DNA of 63,991 nucleotides, filler included, from Olpidium bornovanus S191 (Eukaryota > Fungi > Olpidiomycota), in NCBI GenBank assembly GCA_017911155.1. It is 26 parts of 26 records of this genome, joined end to end, with 100 filler letters (N's around TTAATTAATTAA, not from the genome) between each part and the next. Parts side by side here need not be neighbours in the genome. Positions count along the whole stretch, not along the records: positions 45,366 to 46,548 come from JAEFCI010010213.1; positions 46,649 to 49,934 come from JAEFCI010010885.1; positions 50,035 to 51,199 come from JAEFCI010004982.1; positions 51,300 to 52,311 come from JAEFCI010006273.1; positions 52,412 to 54,097 come from JAEFCI010006254.1; positions 54,198 to 56,004 come from JAEFCI010013386.1; positions 56,105 to 58,507 come from JAEFCI010011215.1; 19 more parts are not named here. One strand, written 5' to 3'. Of the stretch, positions 45,366 to 57,350 are shown piece after piece (position 1 is the first letter of the stretch; the number at the start of each line of letters is the position of its first letter). Below the pieces are notes generated by a model. It worked only from the letters and a program-made list of their open reading frames with translations. It was not told the origin of the DNA and did no database searches. Both the position numbers and the translations under genes were made by a program.

Positions 45366-45885
45366 TCCACGGCGATTTGCCATACCTTCTGCAATTCCCG
45401 CAGAGCGGAGCACAATGCGTGGTTAACCAACCCGTATTCAAACTTCGATCGTTCTTCCAGGAAATGGTGGATCTGCGAGTGACATGAAGCGAGGGGCAGA
45501 ATTCGCAGGACAAGCTCCCGGAGCGACGCGTCTGCACCCAGAGAAAGATGTGTTTGCCAACTGCGATGGCTACCGCCTTGGCAATCAGCTAAGCCAAACG
45601 CTGACGACGCGAACCTATTCCATCAACTGGTAAAAAGCCCATTTTACCGGCCTGATCGCTGGGCCCGTCTGTTCGAACGATATAACGCCCTTCGATGCCC
45701 TGTTACGTCGTCATCTTCAGAAAAGGTTGACATGGGTAGTTTCCAACTGCCCCGCTGCTGCAACAGCTCCTGTCAGCTTTACCAACCATCATGACATACA
45801 ACACGTCCTCTATCAGTGCGTACTCTTGCAGGTTGTAGCTCAGCGTCTGGATTGGCGGTACGGCTGCGTCATCCTCGACTTTCTA
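45366..45885 (-). CDS. TUBGCP2: Gamma-tubulin complex component 2 (GCP2/Spc97/Alp4), internal exons
   Basis: LSYNLQEYALIEDVLYVMM|GIEGRYI...|DASLRELVLRILPLASCHSQIHHFLEERSKFEYGLVNHALCSALRELQK matches the GCP2 GRIP1 region. Confidence 0.88.
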
Positions 45886-46648
45886 GGCGCAAGGACGTCC
45901 GCAAGGCGCAATTTAGAGGAAGGCATGAATGAAACCGGTCCCAAGGATCCCAAGGAATCGACCGCCAAGAACCTTTCGGGAGGAGCGGCGGCACTCGCGA
46001 GTTCAGAGGCGCGCGAGCGTATTCCGTCTCGTCGGCGAAGGGCGACGTCGCCGGAAGAAACCTGGGGGCGGCCGGCTCGCGGTGGGGGCTCTCATGCTGT
46101 TGGGCGCCTGCTTCCGGGGCCTGGGAGGAGCTCCGCGAGTTGGCCAGCGAGGGCGAAGCCCACGCCTCCGGCGCCGGTCCGGGCTCCGGCGTGCGTCCCT
46201 GGTCGCGTTTTGGGGGCGCGGCGCCGCGTGAGTGGTGCAAAACGCGAGAGAACGGGCCGTACCGCCCCTACTTGGCGGCCCCGGCTACCTTTCCACTCTT
46301 CGCGCGGCCCGGTTGCTCTGCGCTCTGGGGCGCGCGCCTCGAGGTGGGCGCAGGCGGCCTGCTGTACCGCACGCTTGCCATGCCCTGCTTGTCACTCGTG
46401 GTCCGGCGCCGACGTCGGTGGCGCGGCGGGGCTGGTCGGAAAAGCGCCTCGCACGTCTTTTTCCCCGCCTCAAGGACAAGCTTCCAACAATCACAATGCC
46501 AAAAATCACAGCATACAGCAACTCCGACCGTGCCTGTGCTGGCGGCGANNNNNNNNNNNNNNNNNNNNNNNNNNNNNNNNNNNNNNNNNNNNTTAATTAA
46601 TTAANNNNNNNNNNNNNNNNNNNNNNNNNNNNNNNNNNNNNNNNNNNN

Positions 46649-49414
46649 GGCGGAGCGTCTTGCACTCCTCGATCGTGGACGACCACTTCTCCTGCGTCGC
46701 GACGGCCGCCGCCCTGGCCTCGAGCAGGGCCGCCTGCTCGAGGTCGCGCTCACGCGCCAGCTCCATGAGGGTCCCCTGCGTCGCGGAGACGTCCAGCATC
46801 AGCTCCCGCTCCCGCATCCGGGACCTCGCGAGCTCCTGCCGAGCACTGTCCAGGCCGTCGGCCAGGCCTTCGAGCTTTTGGCGCAGGCTCCTGTTGTTGT
46901 TCCGCTCTTCGCGCAGCCGCGACCGCAGGACGCCGTCGCCGCGGCCCGCGTCGGCGGGCCGGGCTCCCCTGTCCGACGGCGGCGGCGGCGACGGGTCTCG
47001 CCCGGGTTTCGTCGTCCGCGCGGGCGACGGTTCCGGCGTGAGGACTCCGCGCGTCGCCGCTCCAAATCCACCTTCGCGCTCCTGCAGGTTGAGGCTGCTT
47101 TCCAACCGCTGGATCAGATCCAGCTTTTTGCGCCGCTTGGCGTTGATTTTCAGGAGCTTCTTGAGTTCGTCGGCAGAGACCAGCGTGGCCATCGTCTCCG
47201 AAGCGTCGTCCGGCTGCTGGCCCACGTTCGCGATTAGCACCATCTTCTCCGCCACGAACCTGGTGTCGGTGAATATCGTGTCGAGGGGGAACGTCCCGGG
47301 CGCGGAGGTCCACCGCTGCATAGAAACGGCCGAGAGCGGAGGAGTCGACTGTTGCTGTGTTTTTTTTTTTGTTTCAAAAATCACAAGGCCGAAGCGGAAG
47401 TGGAGTGTGAACGAAGCGAAAAAAAAACCTCTCCCGCCAAGACGTGCGAAATGGCGATCAAAACGTGTTCTTACCATGTTTTCGACCGCGGCGTCGACCA
47501 TGACGAGCCGCCTCGTCCTTCCACCCGGTGCCGAGAACTCGAAAGCCACGACTACGTGGCGGTCGTCATTGCCGGCAAGCCGGCGGCCCTCCTGCAGCCA
47601 GTGATTCACGTCCGGCAGCGAACGCACGTGCGCCTTCGCCAGCGCTTCCCAAAAGTTTTCGCGTTCGATCCCGTGTTTCTCTTCACCCGTCAGCAGGTCG
47701 ACGACGTGCTCGGATTCACGGGCCGACTGCATCCACAGGGCGTCGAAAACGCGCACCAGCTGCGCGAAACTCATCGACACCGGCCCGGCCGAGCTAGCGA
47801 GGATTCTGGCCACGGCGCGCTGCAGCAAGCCTGGAAAAGACGGTTTGGCGGGTAAGCTTTCCAGAGCTTTCCGGTTCTTCTGTATAAAAATAATAATATA
47901 ATAATAATAATAAAAAAGAGAGGAGAGAAGGAGGAAGGGGGAAAGGCCGGGGGAAAAAAACGATAAATGGAAAAAAGGCGTGGGGAAAATGTTCAATGAG
48001 AAAAGTGCGTGGGGAAAAAAAGGCGTCGCGGAAAAATAAGAAAGAGAAAATGTGGGGAAAAAATGTCGGAAAAGAAAAAAAAAACAAAATTTTATAAAAT
48101 AAGGGGGACGGGGGGAAAAAGAAAAAGTGTGGGAAAAACGGGGAGGGTGGGTGTGGGAAGGAATGCCGTACCGTCCGTAGGTTGCGCAAGTTCGACTTCG
48201 TGGGGCATAAGCGACGGCCGAGAGCTGCTCCTTTTCGCGGGGACCTGCGGCGTCTTCCGCTGGGCGGCGGCGTCGTCGTCGTCGTCGTTATGAGCCGGTC
48301 CGAAAAGGGTGTAGGATTTCCCCGCCGAGGGGTAACCGCTGGCGACAAACGTGAGGCAGTTGGCCGCCTTGGGGTTGTCGGCGGAGGCGATCTCGGATAG
48401 CAGGCCGTCGACGAGGGACGAGATGCCGGCGTAGACGTCCGACTGCGACGCGTCGCCGTCGAAGACGTGGTCAAAGCTGGAAAACTTGCGGGTGGTGGTT
48501 GTGGTAGAGATGGCCCCCTGGACGAATCGCGGGACGGTCACGAAGAGCTTGGTCTTTGCGCCGCCCGCGTCACCGGCCGGGAGATTCCCGCCGCCAATGT
48601 CGCCGTTCTCGCCGACGCCGCCGGCGTCGCGCTTGTTTTCCAGCTTTTCCAGCAGCGCGAGGGTCTGCATCTGGCGGGGAGTGACGGCTTCGGCGAAGAG
48701 GCCGCTGCCGCCCCCGCGGGGGGCGGGGCGCGGCCTCTCGATGAGCAGGCACGGGCGGTCAGATCCCGACGACATCCACTGCGGCCATCGGGCCGGCGCG
48801 ATGGCCGGCTTGACCCGGACGGCGATGGTTATCTCGGAGCGAACGGCAGCGGCGGGCATCTTCTCCCTCCCTTTCCTGTGCGGCCTCGACGGCGGCGGAG
48901 GAGGCGACAGGCGGGCGTCCGAGAGGGTGGCAGTGCTGTGGCTGCGGGAAGAGGGGGAGTAGGCGGCGTCGGCGCCGGGCAGCGCGGGCGCGTGGGCCAG
49001 GCCGGGCGAGTGCGGGCCGGGCCGCCTCAGGTGGGCGGGCGTCACCACCATGAAGGACGGCTGGGGGTTCTTGACCTGGAACGACAGCGGCGGCAGCAGG
49101 CCCGCGTCGCCGATCTCGAAGCCGGCGTACCCGGCGAGCGAGGCCTGGCGCGCGGTCGCCTGAGCGGACGGCTGCTGCTGGGGGTGGTGGTTGTGGTGGA
49201 GGGGGTCGTGGTGGCGGCGGGGATGGACCGGGTGCTGCTGCTGCTGCTGCTGCTGCAGCGGGGCCGGGGGCTCCTGGTCATGGCGGGCGCGGAGCAGGGG
49301 CAGGTCGTCGCCGCCGACGGGCACGGGCGATTGCGAGGGCGAGAGCGTGTTGATCCAGAGGGAGGCGCGGATGTTCTTGGACAGCCCGGAGCCCTTTGTG
49401 GTTATGCGCTTCAT
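46649..49414 (-). CDS. Divergent kinesin-like protein (disordered N-terminus, degenerate motor, coiled coil), 3'-truncated
   Basis: ITIAVRVKP; FDHVFDGDASQSDVY; P-loop GYPSAGKSYTLFG; |GLLQRAVARIL; VVDLL; MVLIANV...SETMATLVSA; then coiled coil. Switch I and II motifs are altered. Confidence 0.82.
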
Positions 49415-49471
49415 GGGTGGGGGGAGCGAGAGAAGAGCTCTCGGGGGAGTGAGGGCGGCCGCGCGCGGGGT

Positions 49472-49541
<70 letters not shown>

Positions 49542-49813
49542 AGGGGGAAGAAAGCGCGCGGGCGAAGAAGGAGAAGAACAACAAGAAAGGGGGGACGGCT
49601 CTCTCTCTCTCTCTCTCTCTCTCCTCTCTCTCCCTCTCTCTCCCCTCCTGAGCCGGGTCGGCGGCGAGGGAAGAAAACGAAAAAAGGCGCCCCCGGAACC
49701 GCCGAGAAAAGGCGAGAGAGAGAGAGAAAGAACAAAAACAGAACGGCAGCGAAAAAAAAAAAGAAAAAAAAAAAAAAGCAAACCTCCCCCCCTCCCCCCT
49801 TAAAAACAGGAAG

Positions 49814-49921
<108 letters not shown>

Positions 49922-50048
49922 ACCCCCCCCCCCCNNNNNNNNNNNNNNNNNNNNNNNNNNNNNNNNNNNNNNNNNNNNTTAATTAATTAANNNNNNNNNN
50001 NNNNNNNNNNNNNNNNNNNNNNNNNNNNNNNNNNGGCGCGGCGGGGGG

Positions 50049-50090
<42 letters not shown>

Positions 50091-51130
50091 GGGGGGTGGG
50101 GAGGGGGGATGGGGGGAAGAGAGCGGCGGCCTCACCAGGCGAATGCAAATTCTGCGCGCGGCGCCTCGGGCCGCCGGATGGAGGGGACGAACGAAAAAAG
50201 GACGGGGGAAGGGGGGCGGAAAGGAGGCGGAAGAGAGGGAAGAGAAAGAGACAAAAGCAAAGACGGAGCCAGAGAGAAAGAGAGAGAGAAAGAGAGGATG
50301 CCGCGCATGTGATAGAGTGAAATGAACCCCGGCGTGCGGTTGATGCACGCCGAAAGGTCGCATGATAAAAAGGCGGGCGGCAGTTATCATTGGCCCGGAA
50401 TAAAAGAAAGAAAAAAAAACCAAATGCGAAAAGAGAGGGAAAGGGAAAACACACCTTCGCTCCCTTTCCTTCCCTCCCACACAGGGCCCGCAACCACAGC
50501 TTCGGTAAAAGCAGGAGCCCCACACAGAACACAACACGCGTGCCCACGCACACACCCCCTCCCCCCAATTTCACACGCGCATGCGCACCCTGTTTATCTT
50601 CTCTTCCGCGGCGTGCGCGGTGGGGTTGCGGTGGTGGAGGGGCGGGAAGTGGAGGGGTATCGCGGGTTCTCTCTCGTCGGGAGGGAGAGCAGGCCCGGAA
50701 GAGGGCCCAGCCGCAATAATGGGAGGGGTAAAGGAAAAAAAGTAGGCCGGGTAAAATTCCATCATAGTTACTATCGACATTTTTTTCAATTTAGGGGGGG
50801 TCAAGAAGGGAGGAGGGAGGGGGGGGGGGAAGGTTGCGAGAGAGGCTGGGATTTGGTTTGGTACGGTAATAACTGTGCTGTGTGCACCGCATTGGCCAGG
50901 AGCGCGGGAAGGGAAGGAGAGGAGGAGGAGGAAGGGGGGAAGGAGGCGGAGCCCGCGGGGACGCGCCCGCGCGGCCGAGCGTTGTCCTTTGAGGAACGGG
51001 CCCCCGCGCTCGCCGGGAGGACGGGATGGGAGAAGGAGTGGAGGGGTGCGGGGGGGGATGGGGGAGTTTGCCCCCGCATAATCCGTTCCAGCCCTTCCCT
51101 CCCCCCCCCCCCCCCCCCCTCCCCCCGACG

Positions 51131-51184
<54 letters not shown>

Positions 51185-51777
51185 CCCCCCCGCCCACCCN
51201 NNNNNNNNNNNNNNNNNNNNNNNNNNNNNNNNNNNNNNNNNNNTTAATTAATTAANNNNNNNNNNNNNNNNNNNNNNNNNNNNNNNNNNNNNNNNNNNNC
51301 ATGAACCGCATTTGAAAACAGGCCAAGAATTTGACGGGCGGCGGTGTCGGCCCAGATTGATGAAAACCTGAAATGCGAATGCATGCAGAAAAAGCTCGGA
51401 CGGCGGGAGGAGGCGAGGTGGGGGGGAGTGGGCCGGATTTCCGACGATATGGATACACCGGCCCCGCGCGGCGAAAAATGGAAAAAACCGCCGCCGAGTT
51501 CACGTTTCTCGGAGTGCAGGATGGCCCCCTGAAACGACCGTATTCTGCAAAACGCGTCTCGCGAAACCGGTAGGCAACGGTACGCGCCGCGGCCAGTACG
51601 CGGGCGTCCAATGTCAGTTCCCGCCTCTCCTCCCCCCATCACCACCCCCCTAGTCCACTATTTTGCGCTCGAACTTCGTGTTGTATGAGAAAGAATTCAT
51701 TCGACGAAGACTGTTAGACAATTCTCGACGCGACGGGGGGTCAACCGGACAGCCCCCCCAAACCCGACCCGGCCCCT

Positions 51778-52311
51778 TTATGTGTTCACCTTTCGGGTGT
51801 CGGCCTTCTGCCGATCGTGGTCGCCGTCGTCCTTAGCACCGCGTTTACCACCCGCTCTCATAAATTTCCAGAAGTCTCCCGCACCGCTTCGGTCCGACGC
51901 GTCAGCGGCCATCTCCCCGGTGCGGCAGTATTTATCCAGCACCGGGTCGCTCTTGACAGCCTTTTTCGGCAAAGCGAGGAACATCGCCGTCATCGCCCGG
52001 TCCTTGCCGTTGAACGACATTTTGACGGCTCGGAAAACCACCATGTAAGCCAGCAACAGACATAACAGCCCGCACGCGTAAACCACGGTCACGAGGGGCT
52101 TGCTGTAAGCGACGTGGCCATCAATCATGGCTGTTGCGAGATCCAAAGCACGCTGAAACCCGTCGATAAGGTGGGTACGGTCGACCTTCATCATGAATTG
52201 CCCTTGCGGATAACTGGCATTTAGCGAACCTGACGCTGCTGTTACGGCCACACTGATTGCCGCGTCAAGATAGTTAAGAGCAGAAGAACCCCTATTGTGC
52301 GCAAGCTGTTA
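51778..52311 (-). CDS. C-terminal part of a membrane protein, possibly TmcB/PAS-TM family
   Basis: One TM helix (LVTVVYACGLLCLLLAYMVVF) followed by DRAMTAMFLALPKKAV, resembling the TmcB-type C-terminal T..ML..IP motif. Confidence 0.45.
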
Positions 52312-52411
52312 NNNNNNNNNNNNNNNNNNNNNNNNNNNNNNNNNNNNNNNNNNNNTTAATTAATTAANNNNNNNNNNNNNNNNNNNNNNNNNNNNNNNNN
52401 NNNNNNNNNNN

Positions 52412-53254
52412 GCGCCCTCGTCCCTGCCGCCTCCCTCGGGATTATCGTCGTCGTCGCGCGGAACGTCCCGCCAAATGTCTGAGAAGAGAAAATTTTGTGA
52501 GCGCGTTTGGCCCTGGTCGACCCGGGACATGTCGATGGGAGGGTCCTCCCATGCGACCGCGAGCCGGCGAAGAAAATTATAGGATTCGGCGCTTTGGCGG
52601 AGCTCTGGGAACCAAGAGTTCCGGGCGCGGGGAGAAATGGCTGCCGGGGCATCGTCTGCAAGCTCAGCGTCTGGCTGCGGCGGAGAGACCGGGTGCATGA
52701 GGACGCGAACCTGGATATAACTGTCGTCGGCGATGGGAGCGGGGCGCGGATCGTAGTCGCGATCTTCGGGGCCGCCGGGGCCACAATACTGCGTGTCTGA
52801 CGGCAAGAACAGGAATTCCAGATCGCGAGGATCCGCAGGAAGCCAAAAGGAGGCTGGCCAATTCATGACCTGGAGGAAGGCGTCAATCATTGATCGGCGA
52901 AGTCTGCAAGTAGACGTGGAAGAGGTTATCTATCAAAGTGGAGTTGCAGTACGAAGGAGGGACCAGAACTGACTGGAGAAGGGCGAGGCAGGCTTCGGTA
53001 CTTCCGTCCTCGTGGACGGCGCGAAACCTCCACGCGTAATGGATGAACCGGATCATCCGCCCGCGCAGAGTGCATTGACGTTCTGGCGTCGGCCGATCGG
53101 CAACGCACGCAGCTGCGGCCGCGAGCAAACTGCGGGAGTCTCGCAACCGGTGTGCCCAGAAGGCCGTGTATATTTGACGAGTAGCGGCGTCGAGACGCCT
53201 CTCGGTGAAGGCGGACGGGGCGGACGCAGGGGCAGCGGACGCAGAGGACAACAT
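52412..53254 (-). CDS. Uncharacterised protein, two exons, 3'-truncated
   Basis: Two overlapping ORFs are joined in frame by a ~49-nt GTACTG...TTGCAG intron, giving ...LLQSVLVPPS|LRRSMIDAFLQVMNWPASFWLP.... Confidence 0.5.
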
Positions 53255-53774
53255 TGTGGCTGGATGGACGGGTGGGCACGGCGGAGACTGAAGTGCGGAG
53301 CAAGTGGCGTTGGTGGAGCCAAATCCGACTCGTTAAAAACCAAAAGAGCTGTCAACCACGTGATACACCGTGACTGCCGAAACAAGCTGGTCAGTCACGG
53401 GGGGGCGGCTGTAGTGAAGGGGCACGAAGGATACGAGAGGACGGGGGAAACCGTGAGGAAACCAAAAACCGCGCATTAAATTCCAGAAGCCGAGTATAGA
53501 AGTCCAACTGTTGCAGAAGAGTGAGAGCCTGGTTGCCGCGGAGCAATTCGGTACTACGCGTAGGCCTCTTCTTCCCCTCCTGAAAAACGCGTGCGAACCC
53601 ACACGAAAGGCAGCCGACTCTCCTTCCTCCCTCTCTCTCTCCCTCTCACTCTTAACGCGCACCCGCCCACTCTTAACGCGCACTACCGCACGCTCGGCAA
53701 TTACCATCCCACGAATAAGAGGCCCTGCGCCGCCTTGAAAAACCTGCCTTCCTTGGTCTCAGTTATGCAATACC

Positions 53775-54097
53775 GCGCATTGGAACGCCTTAAAGCGTAT
53801 CCTCAAGTACTTGCGAGGCACCCCCCATTACGGCCTGCACTACGACTCCGTGCCGCTCGGCACCGCCCCGGGGACCCACATACGCTTGAATGCGTTTTCA
53901 GATTCCGATTGGGGGTGCGCCGTCGACCGCAAATCAACTACCGGGTACGTCATCCAGTATGGCAACTCCCTCATCGCATGGCGCTCCGAGCGCCAACCGT
54001 GCGTGGCTACCTCTTTGACGGAGGCGGAGATCATCGCAGCATCCGAGGCCGCACGGGAAATAGTCTGGCTGGAGGTGGACATCATCGGCATTGCGGA
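53775..54097 (+). mobile_element. Ty1/Copia RT C-terminus and RNase H fragment
   Basis: HWNALKRILKYLRGTPHYGL...AFSDSDWG...DRKSTTGY...IAWRSERQPCVATSLTEAEIIAASEAAREIVWL. Confidence 0.95.
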
Positions 54098-54912
54098 NNN
54101 NNNNNNNNNNNNNNNNNNNNNNNNNNNNNNNNNNNNNNNNNTTAATTAATTAANNNNNNNNNNNNNNNNNNNNNNNNNNNNNNNNNNNNNNNNNNNNCAG
54201 GGCATCCTGGCCGCTTTCCGCGAGGCAGTCCCGCCCGGGACGAGAAAGGAGCGGGAGGAGGAGAAGAAGGAGGAAAAGGCGGCGGCTGAGCCCCGGCGAG
54301 AGTAAGGTGCGGGGCATGTGCGAAAGCGATAAATTAGGTTTTCGGCAACCGGACCGAGAAAAGAAACGGAACCAGCCGCCCCCCACCATTCCCGTTCCTT
54401 CCCCCTCCTCCTCCCCCCCCCCTCTTCCTGGCCACGCAGACGTGTTTTCCAAATCAGTATTTCGACTCCCTCCCTCGCGGCCACGCACCTGCCGTTTTTT
54501 TTTTCAGTGGACCAAACGGGAAATTTTTGCGTTTTCCTTTTTCCGCCTTTCCCCGCCGGGCGCGTTTTTTTTTTTCTCGAGCGAAATAAAATCTTTCTCG
54601 ACTGGGAAGGAGTACCCATTTCCCGCTTTCCCGCCGGGCGGATTTTGTTTTCCGGACAAATAAAAACGCAAGAAAAAAAAAACCAAAAACTGCCGTTTTT
54701 TGGTGCCCCTCCGCCCGTTTTTTGGTCTTCCCCCCCAGCCGACTTTTTTTTTTCGTTATTCGCCTTTCGTCCAAGCTTTCTTTCTCCCAGCAATAAAAAA
54801 AAGAAAAAAAGAACCAAAAATTCGCGCCGCCCGACGTCGACCCGCTTTTCCGCGTGCGATTTGGGGCGGCCCCTGGACGGCCTTCACAGGTCTTCCGCCG
54901 GGCCGCCGTCGC

Positions 54913-54962
<50 letters not shown>

Positions 54963-55407
54963 CCGCCCGCCCCCCCCCCCCCCTCCCCCCCTCCCCCCCT
55001 CCAACCCCCCACCCCCACATCGCGGCGAGCCCTTTCCCGCCTGCGAAAACCCTCCGCACAACCCCTGCGTGACCGCGGTCAGGCGCGCCGCTGCGTCAAC
55101 GCGGGAAGAGGAGGAGGATCCTCAACACCGTATTTTATTCGTTTCCGCGCGAGCGTCTGGCTGCAGCAGAGCCGTGCGGAAAGAGGGGTGCTACGGTGGA
55201 GGAGGGGGGGGGGGAGAATTCGGGAACGGCTGACAAAAGCGGGGAGGGGGAGGGGAGGGGATCAACCGGGCGCAAGTAAGGGTAGGGGCGAAGGAAGGCA
55301 GGGCGGCGAGGGAACCGACCAAGGCGGGACAGGCGATGCCGCCCGAATTGCTGCGGTCGTCGGCCCTCGGCGGCCTTCCCTTTTCTTTCCCCCCCCCCCC
55401 CCCCCGT

Positions 55408-55728
55408 TCACCAGCCGTGGCCCCTCATGCCTCCGCGCCACCATCCGCCCCGGCGCCAGTATCCGCCCCGGGGCCAGCCCCAGCCGCCCCCGCCCCAGTA
55501 TCCGCCCCGGCGCCAGTATCCGCCGCGGGGGCCGCCCCACCCGCCCCCGCCGCCCCAGTATCCGCCCCGGCTCCAGTACCCGCCGCGTCCTCCGCCCCAG
55601 CCGCCGCCGCCCCAGCCCCTGCGGCCGTGCCAGCCCATCATCGAGCGCTGGGCGACGGCCTCCTGCGGAGCGCAGGCGATCGCCGTGATCATCACGACGA
55701 CCAGGTAGATCAGGAGGGAGACCTTCAT
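55408..55728 (-). CDS. Small secreted Gly/Trp/Arg-rich repeat protein (106 aa)
   Basis: Signal peptide MKVSLLIYLVVVMITAIACA, then five RGGYW repeats plus GWGG/RGGWW. Intronless, ATG to stop. Confidence 0.75.
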   Translation of the reverse strand: MKVSLLIYLVVVMITAIACAPQEAVAQRSMMGWHGRRGWGGGGWGGGRGGYWSRGGYWGGGGGWGGPRGGYWRRGGYWGGGGWGWPRGGYWRRGGWWRGGMRGHGW

Positions 55729-55947
55729 TTTTCCCTTCGCTTTTTTGCGAGACGGCTGCCGGTCCCTGCGGGGAGGGAGGGGAAAAAAAAAGGAAAGCGG
55801 GCGGACGGTAAGGTTTGAGAGGGAGCGAGAGCGCGCGCCCCGAGGCGCCCGGGACCCCCCGGGCGGCTTTTGGTCGTTGGCGCCGAGAAAACCCGGACAA
55901 AGAGGGGGGTAGGGGAGGAGAGTGTGTGTGGGGGTGGAGGAGGGGAA

Positions 55948-55982
<35 letters not shown>

Positions 55983-56114
55983 CGGGGGGGGGGCGGGGGC
56001 GGGGNNNNNNNNNNNNNNNNNNNNNNNNNNNNNNNNNNNNNNNNNNNNTTAATTAATTAANNNNNNNNNNNNNNNNNNNNNNNNNNNNNNNNNNNNNNNN
56101 NNNNCACCCCCCCC

Positions 56115-56152
<38 letters not shown>

Positions 56153-56233
56153 TTCGCCCGCCCCCCCACTCCGTTTCCGAAGCCAGTACCCAAGCAGTTC
56201 AAGCCAGAACCTGGGAAGGTCTGGGCCCCCCAC

Positions 56234-57350
56234 CATTTCTCGATATGACAATTCGGGTCGCAGCTGTGGTTCAAAAACCGTGCCTCGGTCCCCTTGACGC
56301 CGGCATCGAGGATCTCGCCCGGACCGTACTGGAGGAAGTAGAGATTCTTCTTTCCGCGATACACAGTGTCGGCCCTTCTCTGCATTTCCTGCTGTGAGAT
56401 CACCTCTCCGCAGTACTCTACGACCAGTGCACCCGCCCGAATCGGAACCAGCGTGCGCAGGCCGTGGCCCCGAGCCCCAGTCCAGAAGACCTCCAAGTGC
56501 GTCACGCGTTCCCGCCGCTGCAGCCGCTGGTTCGTGCACTGCTCGCCGCAGGGGCACAGCTTGGCCGGGCACTCGTAGAGCAAGAGGCTAACCGGAGCGA
56601 TGCGGGAGGGGGGGGAGGGGGTAGGGGAATGCCGGTTCACGTGTCGGTTAACGCCAAATCATCCGCCTTTTTCCTAACCATCTCGCGTGTAAAGACCCGC
56701 GCGCGCTCCCGGAAACGCACCGGTTAAGGCAGTTTTCCGCGCACCCAGGTCCGCCGTTTGCAGGTGGGACGCAGTCGCACACGGGCGCTTCTCCTGACTT
56801 TCGAGGACGCCTCTCAACAAAAATGTCTGTAAATAGCCATTGGCGTTCAGTCAGGTGTCAGGCCAAAAAAAAAATCAGGTTTTGGATTCTTTTTGCCACC
56901 GGCAGGTGAGAGGAACGGTGTAAACATCGGAAACGCGGGGCCAGTTGAGACAGGCGTTCGTGGAAACTCACTTGTCCGGATTTTATGGTACGGGTCGGGT
57001 GAGGGAATCGAACGCAATTTTGATGAAGCCACCTCTTGCAACAGAGTCTTCGAGAGACTGAATTCGCTCTGCGCGTTCAGAATAACTTCGCCCTGGCCGG
57101 TCGGCAACGGAAAGAACGGCCTCTTAAAGACCTTGGACCGCTGGGTTCTCGCGCCCTCTAGAGCCGGAACTTTGTTCTTCGCTCTGTGCGCATCGCCCAC
57201 GGGCGTCCCCTTTTCCATATCGCGCGCAGCACCAATGACGGGCCGGCCGCGGGCGATCCAAGCCATTATTTCGCAAAGGTGCATTCTTGACGCAAGGTGT
57301 GCCGGCAGTTCCCATTTGGGGGCCTGGTCGCGGCCGCTCGGCGCATCAGC
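56234..57350 (-). CDS. ASH1: ASH1-like AWS-SET histone H3K36 methyltransferase, internal exons
   Basis: FPLPTGQGEVILNAQSEFSL...PDPYHKIRT|.FVERRP...VCDC...CAENCLNR|LLLYECP...CPCGEQCTNQRLQ...RGHGLR...EYCGEVI...IL DAGVKGTEARFLNHSCDPNCHIEKW|. The FPLP segment before the AWS domain is typical of fungal ASH1 rather than Set2. 5' extent not resolved. Confidence 0.85.

Noticed and set aside
55336-55818. Ala/Pro-rich plus-strand ORF (SAPAPV repeats)
   Set aside because: Antisense shadow of the signal-peptide-bearing Gly/Trp/Arg ORF, which has a proper ATG, signal peptide and stop.
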